The notes beneath the pieces are model-generated. The model saw only the letters and a list, made by a program, of their open reading frames with translations, was not told the origin of the DNA and did not search any database. A program made the position numbers and the translations under genes. DNA of 64,000 bases from a bacterium (GTDB taxonomy: Bacteria; UBA8248): NCBI GenBank assembly GCA_963692865.2, contig OY843592.1:800001-864000 (forward strand), written 5' to 3'. Shown one piece after another: positions 53,906-63,089 of the stretch (the first letter of the stretch is position 1; each line of letters starts with the position of its first letter).

Positions 53906-56161
53906 TTATTTGTTTTCAGTAATTTTTCCGAGCGCCTTGCATATGTGGTGCGGACCCACCGGGATCTCGAAAAATCGAATTCCCACCGCATCGGCGATGG
54001 CATTCATGATGGCCGCGGGAGCAGCGAGTATGGGTGGTTCACCGACGCCCCTCATGCCATAAGGCGTATCATCCGCTTTGTTCTCAATCATTACAGTTTT
54101 CAGTTCAGGAACATCCATGCTGGTGGGTAAAAGGTATTCATGGAGAGTTCCGCCATGGATATTGCCAGTCCGGTCACGAGGTTGTTCTTCCATTAGCACC
54201 AAACCGATTCCCTGAAGCATCCCGCCTTCCATTTGGCCGATCACCGAGATTGGATTCATCGCAAAACCCACATCCTGCGAACAAGTCAGCCTCAAAACTT
54301 TTACCTCGCCCGAATCCATGTTTACGGCCACTTCCGCTATCTGCGCCGTGTAGATGGGGCAAGGCTCCGGCGCCTGTGTTTCCCCTTGGCCCATGATATA
54401 ACCTGAAATCCCAGGGGCCGCTTTCGCTATTTCGTTTAGTGAAATGGTTCGTTCGGGTGTGGATTGCGAGAAAACGCGCCCTCCTTCAATCGTCAGATCA
54501 GCTGGATCGGCTTCAAGTTTCTCAGCGGCGATAACTCGAATTTTTTCTTTCAAGTTGTTTATGGCAACGATAACGGCGGCACCCATCGAGCGGGTTACCA
54601 TACTGCCTGCCGCGCGAACCGATTCAGGCGCGGTGTCGGTATCGCCGCTGTCGAAAGACACTCGCTCGATGTCGATATCCATTTCTTCCGCAGCAATTTG
54701 GCGCATTGAGGTTGTTGCTCCCGTGAGGTTCACGGAGCCACTGAGGAGTTGGACGCTTCCGTCCGCGTTCAGACGTGCTGTACATGCAGAAGCTCCGCCG
54801 TTTCCGCGCCAAAAGCTAACGGCAAGGCCTCGACCGAATTTCCAGCCGGAGCCTTCTAAATTCACGTTCGTCTTGATGGTGTCGCCCCAGTTTCCTTCTT
54901 TGGCGATGCTTTCCAAAACTTTGATCATACCGTCGTCTTTTTGCATCCCGAATAATCCGACGTCGCCTTTGCGGATGGCGTTTTTTCGCCTGATTTCAAG
55001 AGGGTCGATACCTAACTCGCGCGCAATGATGTCGAGATGCACTTCCGTTGCGAAGAAACACTGAGGGCCACATGGTCCTCTTACCGAGCCGCATATGGGC
55101 CCGTTGGTGTAGACGCTCACCATTTTCACGGAAGAATGAGGGATATTGTAGCAGCTAGTGAACATCGGAATGCGAGAACTCGCCTGAGTCGGAGCGCCGG
55201 GGCCATATGCGCCATGGTCGACAATGATGTCCGCTTCGCGCGCTATTATAGTGCCATCAGAGGTTACCCCTGTTTTTAATTTTATTCGCAATCCTTGTCT
55301 GGGGCTGATGCCATTATGGTCGTCTTCACGCGTCATCTCGTGGCGCACGGCTCGCCCGCTTTTGAGAGCAAGCAATGCAATGATGTGTTCGATAAACGAA
55401 TGAATTTTCCCTCCGAATCCACCACCGATTTCTGTGGGGATGACTCTGACTTGCGAGAGCGGAACGCCTAGCGCCTCGGCGACTTGTTCTCGGATAGCGA
55501 AAGGCGCTTGCGTTGTTGTCGAAATGGTGATTTTTCCATCGGCACCTGGTTCCGCCATGCAAGCATGGGGTTCGATATATCCAGAGTGCGCGTATGGAGT
55601 ATGAAATGTGTGTTCAAATATATGATCCGCCTTTTTCATTGCGGCATCCACATCGCCCATGGATTTTTCATAGCGACCAATCACATTTCCTTCTCCATTG
55701 GGACCTAAGCCTATTTTTTCCCAGTCTTCGTGAACAAGTGGGCCATTGCCATCGCGCGCCGCTAAAAGGTCCACCACGGGCTCAAGTACTTTGTAACGTA
55801 CTTCTATGGAGTCTAGCGCCGCTTGGGCGGCATCCATTGATTCCGCCGCAACCGCTGCAACAGGGTCTCCGATATATCGGACGTAACCATCACGGGCTAG
55901 CCAACAGATATCTTTGACCTCAAGCCCGAAATGGTGTGGGGGACAATCATTACCGATTAACACGGTCCGCACGCCGGGTATTTTTCTGGCTTTCTGCGTG
56001 TTTATGGAAATTATATTGGCATGTGGGTGTGGGCTTCTGAGTACCAAACTAACCAGGGGTTGGACGGTGGTAACGTCTGCCGCGAATTTGGCCGTGCCTA
56101 CAGCTTTATCTGGCAGATCATATCTGGGGATACTTTTGCCGGCTACTTTCAGTTCACTCAT
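53906..56161 (-). CDS. Xanthine dehydrogenase family molybdopterin-binding subunit
   Basis: LRSPHPHA, IGGGFGGK, GQMEGG..QGIG, RGVGEPP. Confidence 0.9.
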   Translation of the reverse strand: MSELKVAGKSIPRYDLPDKAVGTAKFAADVTTVQPLVSLVLRSPHPHANIISINTQKARKIPGVRTVLIGNDCPPHHFGLEVKDICWLARDGYVRYIGDPVAAVAAESMDAAQAALDSIEVRYKVLEPVVDLLAARDGNGPLVHEDWEKIGLGPNGEGNVIGRYEKSMGDVDAAMKKADHIFEHTFHTPYAHSGYIEPHACMAEPGADGKITISTTTQAPFAIREQVAEALGVPLSQVRVIPTEIGGGFGGKIHSFIEHIIALLALKSGRAVRHEMTREDDHNGISPRQGLRIKLKTGVTSDGTIIAREADIIVDHGAYGPGAPTQASSRIPMFTSCYNIPHSSVKMVSVYTNGPICGSVRGPCGPQCFFATEVHLDIIARELGIDPLEIRRKNAIRKGDVGLFGMQKDDGMIKVLESIAKEGNWGDTIKTNVNLEGSGWKFGRGLAVSFWRGNGGASACTARLNADGSVQLLSGSVNLTGATTSMRQIAAEEMDIDIERVSFDSGDTDTAPESVRAAGSMVTRSMGAAVIVAINNLKEKIRVIAAEKLEADPADLTIEGGRVFSQSTPERTISLNEIAKAAPGISGYIMGQGETQAPEPCPIYTAQIAEVAVNMDSGEVKVLRLTCSQDVGFAMNPISVIGQMEGGMLQGIGLVLMEEQPRDRTGNIHGGTLHEYLLPTSMDVPELKTVMIENKADDTPYGMRGVGEPPILAAPAAIMNAIADAVGIRFFEIPVGPHHICKALGKITENK

Positions 56162-56373
56162 GGAGCCCTCAAAATGTATAGTGTATATGAGCGCTTCGTA
56201 TTTCGTGTTGACAATGTTGAGTCTTGTGGGATTTCAACCCCTAAAGAGATGCGATCATATCCCGATTGCGAATGGGTGCCGAAAACCCTAGTTTATCGTA
56301 TATATCGGAATAGCGACAGGTTGTGCACGCCAAGGACATATGACCAGAGGAAATGCCTTTAAGGAGAACACTT

Positions 56374-57252
56374 ATGCCTAATCCGATCCCACTGGGTGTT
56401 CTTGGGTATCCGGCAGGCCATATTTTGTCACCTGTATTACATAATAAAGCGGCTGAAGTTTTAGGCGTGAATTATCACTATCTTTCCTATGAAGTACACC
56501 CGGATTATTTAGAAGAAGCTGTGTGGGGAGCACGGGCGATGGGATTTCGCGGACTCACAATTACGATTCCGCACAAGGTGGCTGCCGCCAAGTTGATGGA
56601 TGAACTCAGCGAGGACGCCCGGTTGATGGGCGCTGTGAACACGATAGTTTTTGAAGAAGACGGACGCCTGATTGGTCACAACACGGATGGTGTCGGTTGG
56701 CTCCGATTTTTGGAGGAAACAACAGGAGAACATCCCAAGGGAAAAAAATGTCTTGTTTTGGGTGCGGGAGGGGCCGCGAGAGCCATTGCGGTCAAAATAG
56801 CTCAATGTGGAGCGACTCATCTCGAAATCAGAAATCGGACGCCTGAGAAAGCTTTGGAGTTAGCGCGCTTTGTGGAGAAAAGCATTCCTTCTTCTATAGC
56901 GACCGGCGGTGGCTTGAACGAGCTTTATTCGGCGGCTGATGGTTGTGGGATAATCGTGAATACAACAAGCCTCGGGATGTGGGGAGACACGGAACGTATG
57001 GCTACAAACCCTATTCCCGAAGACGCTATCCCGAAAGGTTGTATCTGTTCGGATGCAGTTTATATTCCACCTGATACGGAATTTCTAAAAGCAGCCGGAC
57101 GGTCTGGGGCTCAAATTGTTCGCGGAACGGGCTGGTTGGTGTATCAAGCAGCGGCTGCTTGGAAAATATGGACGGGAGTGGATATGCCTACGGATATAGT
57201 GATGGAAGTTCTACACGAAGCTTTGGAATCACGCCTAAGTGGCGAAGATTAG
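56374..57252 (+). CDS. aroE: Shikimate dehydrogenase
   Basis: HILSP.LHN, TIPHK, GAVNT, NTDG.G, GAGGAAR, NRT; aggag RBS. Confidence 0.85.
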   Translation: MPNPIPLGVLGYPAGHILSPVLHNKAAEVLGVNYHYLSYEVHPDYLEEAVWGARAMGFRGLTITIPHKVAAAKLMDELSEDARLMGAVNTIVFEEDGRLIGHNTDGVGWLRFLEETTGEHPKGKKCLVLGAGGAARAIAVKIAQCGATHLEIRNRTPEKALELARFVEKSIPSSIATGGGLNELYSAADGCGIIVNTTSLGMWGDTERMATNPIPEDAIPKGCICSDAVYIPPDTEFLKAAGRSGAQIVRGTGWLVYQAAAAWKIWTGVDMPTDIVMEVLHEALESRLSGED

Positions 57253-57521
57253 CCGTCGAATGTTTGTCGCTTTTTTACACGTTCTTCACATGGTGTCGCC
57301 GCATCGTTGCCCAGCCACAAGTCCCATGCGCCGTGATGGCCGATATCCACGCCTTCTCTTTGAGCTTTTTGTTGTAGAGCGATTTGCAATTCATCCATGA
57401 ACTCGCTATCCATAAGCTCAAGATGTTCTCCAATATGGCGATGCAGTACTCTATATATTAGTTTCATATCCTCTACTGATGTCTCGAATGAATACGACTC
57501 GCCTTGTTCTGAGAAAGCCAT
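57249..57521 (-). CDS. Small hypothetical protein
   Basis: 90-aa protein-like ORF whose stop overlaps the aroE stop. Confidence 0.65.
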   Translation of the reverse strand: MAFSEQGESYSFETSVEDMKLIYRVLHRHIGEHLELMDSEFMDELQIALQQKAQREGVDIGHHGAWDLWLGNDAATPCEERVKKRQTFDG

Positions 57522-57692
57522 TTTTTTCCTGTGAAATAAAGGATTTTGAAATGGGGCGGATAAACCTATCCCATTTTAACTGATTATTGTTGATAATAAA
57601 ATCTCGCTACAGTGATTCTATGCGGGGAGGGCCGGGAGCCCGGTATTGCGCATGGGGCCGGGCCCCCGGCTGGGGGGTGGTGCTCGTGAAGA

Positions 57693-58730
57693 TCAGTTCA
57701 GACACACTTGCTTGAAATCTTTTAAGTGGTCTAGTACGTGGCCAGTTCCACGGACGACTGTGGTCAGTGGGTCTTTTACTCTATAAATTGGAAGGCCGGT
57801 CTCATCATGGAGCCTCGTTCCGAGTCCTTTTAAGAGTGAACCCCCGCCCGCTAACACGATTCCTCGTCGGTAAATATCCGAAGCGATCTCGGGACTCGTT
57901 TTGGCCAGAGCTTTTTTGATGGATTCAACCATGGCTTTTATGGGACCGTCGAGAGCTTCTCGCACCGATTCATCGGTCAGCTTGATGGTGCGGGGCAAGC
58001 CAGTGGAAACGTCTGCGCCTGAAACTTCCATTTGAAGCGGCTCGGAAAGCGGGGCTGCTGATCCAATCTCCATTTTGACGCGTTCGGCCTCGAATGAGCC
58101 GATCGATAGACCGTGGTGTCTTTTGATATAGCGTTGGATGCATTCGTCCATGGCGTCTCCCGCCATGCGCAGAGATTCCGAATATGCAATGACGTACTGG
58201 GAGATGACGGCCATTTCGGTTGTTCCTCCCCCGATATCGACTATCATGGAGCCTGCGATTTCATGAATCGGAAGTTTGCTTCCAATGGCCGCCGCCATGG
58301 GTTCTTCAATTAGATGGACCTTGCCGGCCCCGCATTGGGTAGCTGAATCGATCACGGCTTTCATTTCGACACTGGTAATTCCCGAGGGAACGCAGACCAT
58401 CATTGTAGGTCGGCTGAAAGACCTTTTGGGCACGATTGCTCGAACGAAATGGCGAATCATGGCTTTGGTAACGTCGAAATCGGCGATTACCCCGTCTTTC
58501 ATGGGGCGAATCGTCCGAATCGAGCCTGAAGTCCGACCGTACATTTCCTTGGCTTTTTTCCCCACCGCGAGAACGCCTCCCCCGTTTTTTGAGTTCAAGG
58601 CGACAACAGAGGGTTCATCAAGAACGATTCCGGCATTTTTTGTGTAAACCAGAGTGTTCGCCGTCCCGAGGTCCATAGCGATATTGGGCCCCATCCAGGA
58701 TCTGAGGCGCTTCAAAAAATGAAATTTCAT
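57693..58730 (-). CDS. mreB: Rod shape-determining protein MreB (likely paralog; no mreCD)
   Basis: MDLGTANT, RPMKDGVIADF, IEEPMAAAIG, VDIGGGTTE, GGGSLLKG. Confidence 0.9.
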   Translation of the reverse strand: MKFHFLKRLRSWMGPNIAMDLGTANTLVYTKNAGIVLDEPSVVALNSKNGGGVLAVGKKAKEMYGRTSGSIRTIRPMKDGVIADFDVTKAMIRHFVRAIVPKRSFSRPTMMVCVPSGITSVEMKAVIDSATQCGAGKVHLIEEPMAAAIGSKLPIHEIAGSMIVDIGGGTTEMAVISQYVIAYSESLRMAGDAMDECIQRYIKRHHGLSIGSFEAERVKMEIGSAAPLSEPLQMEVSGADVSTGLPRTIKLTDESVREALDGPIKAMVESIKKALAKTSPEIASDIYRRGIVLAGGGSLLKGLGTRLHDETGLPIYRVKDPLTTVVRGTGHVLDHLKDFKQVCLN

Positions 58731-60181
58731 GATTCATCTCCCCCCACAAAGCAAAGTTGATTTATCGCGCTCCCCTTTTGGGCGAACCCTAGTGCTTCAA
58801 GAGATAACCTGATAAGGCTTTTTGGGCTTCGAGCAGTTTCGGGGAAACATGCAGCGCCTATTGAAATTGTGATTTCGAACTCTTTTCCGCCGAGATGGAA
58901 GGGAGTGTGATGAACGACGTTGATTATTCGTTGCGCAACGGCTTCCGCATATTCCTGGGAGGAATCTCGCAATAACAAGAGAAAACGCGGCCCCTCATGC
59001 CGCACCAAAATATCATCTCCGGCAGCGAATTGTTTAAGCGAATTCGAGAGCTGAAGAATGACTTCTTCTTCGGACGTATTCTTGAATTCCGATGAAGCGT
59101 CGGGGGCGATGCTCAGCAAGGCGAGTTGGCGTCCTTTTGCGTCCGCCTCGCAGATGATTTCATGAAGGCGAGAATATAGATATTGTGCATTTTGCTCGCC
59201 GGTAAGAGGATCGATTTCTAAACGCGCTTGCCATCGCAACTCGTTTTTCCGGTTTGCAACGGCATCCGCCACCAGAGCCGCGATGATTTCTCCGCGCTGG
59301 ATGGAAGAAGCGTCAAATTGGGCCCGGCGTTTGCTTGTAAATCCCAGACAACCGAGAATTTCACCTCTTGAAGCGAGGGGAATGCATGCTGCGGAACGCG
59401 CTTCGAACCGAGGCTCGTCCTGATGGAAGAGAGGCCGGGTTCCTTTTTTCCCTTTCAGGTCCGTGAGCCTTAAGCTTTCTTTTTTGCTTAATACGTATCC
59501 CGCCAGACTCGAGCGTTCGCTGATGACGACTTCGCCCAGGAAGAGCTCCCCGAACCCCGAGGTTCGAACGAGGCGGGGGACGCCTGCTTCCTCGTCGATG
59601 AGAACGAGGAAGCAGGCGTCGAAGGGAAGCAATTCGCGCGGCACCTGACATACCGCATTCAACAATTGATCTTCGTTTTCGCTTGCGCGAAGCGAAGTCA
59701 GGTATCTGCCGAAGGCGGGAACGCTCATGGAGCGCCGCTCCGTTTGAACGCTCCTCAAGGCGCCGTCTGCAAGATAGGCGAATTGCTGGGCGAACCCCGC
59801 GAGAATTTTTTGGTCTCTGGACGTGAAACACCAGCTTTTCTTGCTGTCGATGGCGAGCGCCCCTTTATTGATCGATGAGGGCAGGGGAGTCGCCATGAAG
59901 GACTTGATATCCTCGTTTCTGCTGTAATAGCCGAGAACCAGGGTGTCTTTGTCGAACTGGTTGACGCTTAAGGGTTCGTTGTTCTCCAGAACCCAGCCCA
60001 TGAAGCCCTGTCCCACGTCGACCGAGGCGTCCGTGAGTATGTAGGGGCTGAGGCTGTGGTATGTGGTGAGCTGGTAGGTCTTGCGGCGTTTGTTTTCAAG
60101 GAACAGGCAGGCGGAGTAGGCTTCCGTCACGTTGCTGACGAGCGTGATGAGGGAGAAAAGGTCTCTTTCCAGATTCGTCAT
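58727..60181 (-). CDS. GAF-GAF-degenerate GGDEF protein
   Basis: G.GFMGWV...IKSFMA.PL (GAF1), SLAGYV..SAACIPL (GAF2), DPLTG and TISIG.A.FP; RHEGPRF in place of RxGGDEF. Confidence 0.8.
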   Translation of the reverse strand: MTNLERDLFSLITLVSNVTEAYSACLFLENKRRKTYQLTTYHSLSPYILTDASVDVGQGFMGWVLENNEPLSVNQFDKDTLVLGYYSRNEDIKSFMATPLPSSINKGALAIDSKKSWCFTSRDQKILAGFAQQFAYLADGALRSVQTERRSMSVPAFGRYLTSLRASENEDQLLNAVCQVPRELLPFDACFLVLIDEEAGVPRLVRTSGFGELFLGEVVISERSSLAGYVLSKKESLRLTDLKGKKGTRPLFHQDEPRFEARSAACIPLASRGEILGCLGFTSKRRAQFDASSIQRGEIIAALVADAVANRKNELRWQARLEIDPLTGEQNAQYLYSRLHEIICEADAKGRQLALLSIAPDASSEFKNTSEEEVILQLSNSLKQFAAGDDILVRHEGPRFLLLLRDSSQEYAEAVAQRIINVVHHTPFHLGGKEFEITISIGAACFPETARSPKSLIRLSLEALGFAQKGSAINQLCFVGGDES

Positions 60182-60432
60182 TGCCGGCACCCAATGGGAC
60201 GGATTGGGACGTTGCGGAATATACCAAGGCCGGGAAATATATTTCAAGTAGTTTTTTCATTAGCATTCGTATCTGATTGTATTTATTGATTTTATGAGAA
60301 TTAAAAAAATGAGCCCCCTGAACGGAATTAAAGTGGTTTCTGCAATAATTTTTATAAACTATTGATATTTAACGGATTACTATTATGAAATTGACTCGCG
60401 AATTGGTTTCCGCCTCGTTGCGGCGAGGAAAG

Positions 60433-60480
60433 CCCACCTGTTGTGTGGGAAATCTTTTTGTGGAACTACATGTTGTGGTG
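60433..60480. promoter_or_regulatory. Tandem NrdR-box-like sites
   Basis: ccacctgttgtg (60434) and ctacatgttgtg (60466), 32 bp apart. Confidence 0.4.
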
Positions 60481-60627
60481 TCCGCGGACGCCGGGCCGGG
60501 CGCCCGCACGGGATTTCACCCCCGCAATTCCCCGCATTTGCCGTTGCGCGCCCGCCTGGGGCGTCGTGGTATCCTCGCCGTGTTCCCTTCGCCGGAGGGG
60601 GAGTTGCGCCTCCGGGCGGCGCGGAAA

Positions 60628-60676
60628 TTTATCGAAAAACCCCCTTAATTTATCCAATTTTATACATATTTTCAGA
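60628..60676 (-). repeat. 49-bp AT-rich site, right copy of the long-range inverted repeat
   Basis: Reverse complement of 47371-47419 with 2 mismatches. Confidence 0.92.
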
Positions 60677-60710
60677 TATTCTTTCGGGGGCGGCGAGAGG
60701 GTTTCCCGCC

Positions 60711-61064
60711 CTAGCGCTCATACGCCTTGGTGGCGCTCACGGGGATCATGCAGACGAACTCCATGGTCTCGTCCGAATCGTTGTGGAAGGTGTGGTTCTC
60801 GCCCGGCGCCACGAATACGGCCGCGCCCGGCGCGATGGCCTCGGTCTCGCCCTCGACTATCACCCGCCCCTCGCCCTTGAGCATGAACACCTGATGCTCC
60901 CAGGGATGGGCGTGGTCGGGCGTCTGCCCGCCCGCCTCAATCTCGATGACCCGCATCGCCATTCCGGTCTCGCCGTCGCGCTCGCTGAGCAGCCAGCGGA
61001 TGCCCGCGCCCCTGGCCGCCTTCTCCGCCTTCAGTTCCGCGTCCTTGTAGTTCATCACCTTCAT
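60711..61064 (-). CDS. Cupin domain protein
   Basis: GGQTPDHAHPWEH, PGENHTF; aggagg RBS. Confidence 0.88.
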   Translation of the reverse strand: MKVMNYKDAELKAEKAARGAGIRWLLSERDGETGMAMRVIEIEAGGQTPDHAHPWEHQVFMLKGEGRVIVEGETEAIAPGAAVFVAPGENHTFHNDSDETMEFVCMIPVSATKAYER

Positions 61065-61237
61065 GGCGTCGCGCCTCCTATGGTTTGATTCGGCCTTTAC
61101 GTCCCCGGCCGGGAAGCGCGAATCTTACCACATCCCGGCTCAAGCGTGTCAAAACCGCCGCCGGGCGAGAAGAGAGAAACCACTCTCCTTTGAGGAGCAA
61201 TCGCGACCGATGAAGGAGTGATTGACGCGACCGCAGA

Positions 61238-61418
61238 GGGGCTGTTGAAAAAGCCGGAGAGAGGCAATTTGTTTGTAGGGGCCGCATGATCTGTCAGACA
61301 TATATGTCTGACCTACAATGCCATCGCGTTTTGCGTAGCAGGACAGGCACGGAGACCTGTCCCTACGGGATCATCACGTCGCCGACCGAGGGGATACATG
61401 GCCTTTTTCAACAACCCC
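61238..61418. mobile_element. MITE-like TIR element
   Basis: ggggctgttgaaaaag...ctttttcaacaacccc; inverted relative of 45744-45952. Confidence 0.65.
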
Positions 61419-61538
61419 CTCAAGGGGGGAGTGGTGCTCTTCTCTCTTGTCGGTCGGCAATGCCGTTCTGGGGCGAAGCCCACAGTCGCATCGGTAGGGT
61501 GTAAATCCGTTTCGATTTTTGCGTAGGGGTGTCGGGTT

Positions 61539-61943
61539 TCACCGTAGGGGCGGACCCATGTGTCCGCCCTGGTTTTGGTGTTGTTGATTTTCTGCATATC
61601 GTTGAGGTTCATCCGATTCACGATCTTCGCCTTTCGGGCGGACACATGGGTCTGTGGGACAGCCCCGAGGAGGGGCTGTCACTACGATGGCAACGACGCC
61701 GTGAATGTGATTCGGCATGAGGACATACGCACCCAATTCGACATGCGGAAATTTGCTTTCCGTCTTGCGCCACCAACGGTCGCCCATTTGCCCCGCCCGG
61801 TTCAGAACCATCCGGCCCGCGTCGATTTCACCGAACAAGCACTGCCTGCCCTGCGCGCAAACCGTCACGAAGTAGTGCCTCGCCCGCGAATAATCGTACC
61901 CCTTCAACCGGTTCGGTTTCCGCCGTCTTTCGCTCAAACCCAT
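61539..61943 (-). pseudogene. Truncated REP-associated tyrosine transposase (RAYT, Y1-HUH)
   Basis: RLKGYDYS...YFVTVC, MPNHIHG (HUH). The ORF runs into REP sequence and stops before any catalytic-Tyr half; flanked by gtaggggcggaccc REPs. Confidence 0.8.
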
Positions 61944-62192
61944 AATCCCGACATATTCTCCCCGTGGTCATGGTCTCGAACCATTGATGGCCTCCTGTAG
62001 GGGCGGACCCGCGTGTCCGCCCTGGTTTTTGTGCGGTTGACGTTCTCCCCGTCGTTGATCTCGCCCCTTGCGGTTCGCTCGATTTGCGATTTTCGCGTTT
62101 CGGGCGGACACATGGGTCCGCCCCTACGGGCGAATGCGGTTTTGTTCGTCATTCCGGCGGGCGGCGAACTCCGGGCGAGAAGGTTTCCCCCC

Positions 62193-63089
62193 CTACCGCC
62201 TCAACTTCGGATCGAGCGCGTCGCGCAGGCCGTCGCCCAGCAGGTTGAAGGAGAGCACCACCCCCATGAGGGCGAAGCCGGGGATGGCGAGCAGGTGCGG
62301 CGCCAGCGCCATGTAGGAGCGCGCGTCGGCGAGCATGGTGCCCCATTCGGGCGTGGGCGGCGGCACGCCGATGCCCAGGAAGCTCAGGCCCGCCGCCACG
62401 CGGATGGAGGTCGCGATGAGGAAGGTGGACTGCACGACGATGGGGCCGAGCGTCCCCGGAAAGATGTGGAGGAACAGGACGCGGCGGCTCGAGGCGCCCA
62501 TGGCTTGGGCCGCCTCCACGAATTCGGTCTCCTTCAGGACGAGGACCGAACTGCGCACCAGCCGGGCGTAGGTCGGGATGGCGAAGATGCCCACCGCCAG
62601 CATGATGTTCTCCATCCCCGTGCCGATGATGGCGATGAGGAGAATGGAGAGCAGGATGCGCGGGAAGGTGAGCATGATGTCCACCGTCCGCATGATGAGG
62701 TTGTCGATCCATCCCCCCAGGTATCCGCCGACGAGCCCCAGCAGCACGCCCCCGAACGCGGCGATGAGCACGGAGAACACCCCGATGAGCAGCGAGGTGC
62801 GCGCCCCGTAGATGATGCGGCTGAACACGTCGCGGCCGAAATGGTCCGTCCCGAAAGGATGCGCGAGGGAAGGAAACTTGAGCGCCGCCTGAAAGTTCGC
62901 CTCTACGGGATTGTATGGGCTTATGAGCGGCGCCAGCAGGGAGGCGGCGACGAAGATCGAGACGAATACGCACCCCACGACCGCGATGCGGTGCTTGAGC
63001 AGGCGGCGCCAGGTGTCCGTCCACATGCCGTAAATCGGCTCGCTTTCCATTTCATGGGAAACGGGTTCGACTTCGGCGGCCGGGCTCAT
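62193..63089 (-). CDS. Peptide ABC permease (DppC-like)
   Basis: HPFGTDHFGRD, LSFLGIG, PEWG, GDGLRDALDP. Confidence 0.92.
   Translation of the reverse strand: MSPAAEVEPVSHEMESEPIYGMWTDTWRRLLKHRIAVVGCVFVSIFVAASLLAPLISPYNPVEANFQAALKFPSLAHPFGTDHFGRDVFSRIIYGARTSLLIGVFSVLIAAFGGVLLGLVGGYLGGWIDNLIMRTVDIMLTFPRILLSILLIAIIGTGMENIMLAVGIFAIPTYARLVRSSVLVLKETEFVEAAQAMGASSRRVLFLHIFPGTLGPIVVQSTFLIATSIRVAAGLSFLGIGVPPPTPEWGTMLADARSYMALAPHLLAIPGFALMGVVLSFNLLGDGLRDALDPKLRR

Noticed and set aside
60367-60393. atttaacggat-tacta-ttatgaaattg as a dif site
   Set aside because: Wrong spacing and several mismatches within an AT-rich tract.
47371-60676. Prophage or classical transposon
   Set aside because: No phage, integrase or transposase genes and no target-site duplication; the cargo is metabolic or housekeeping.
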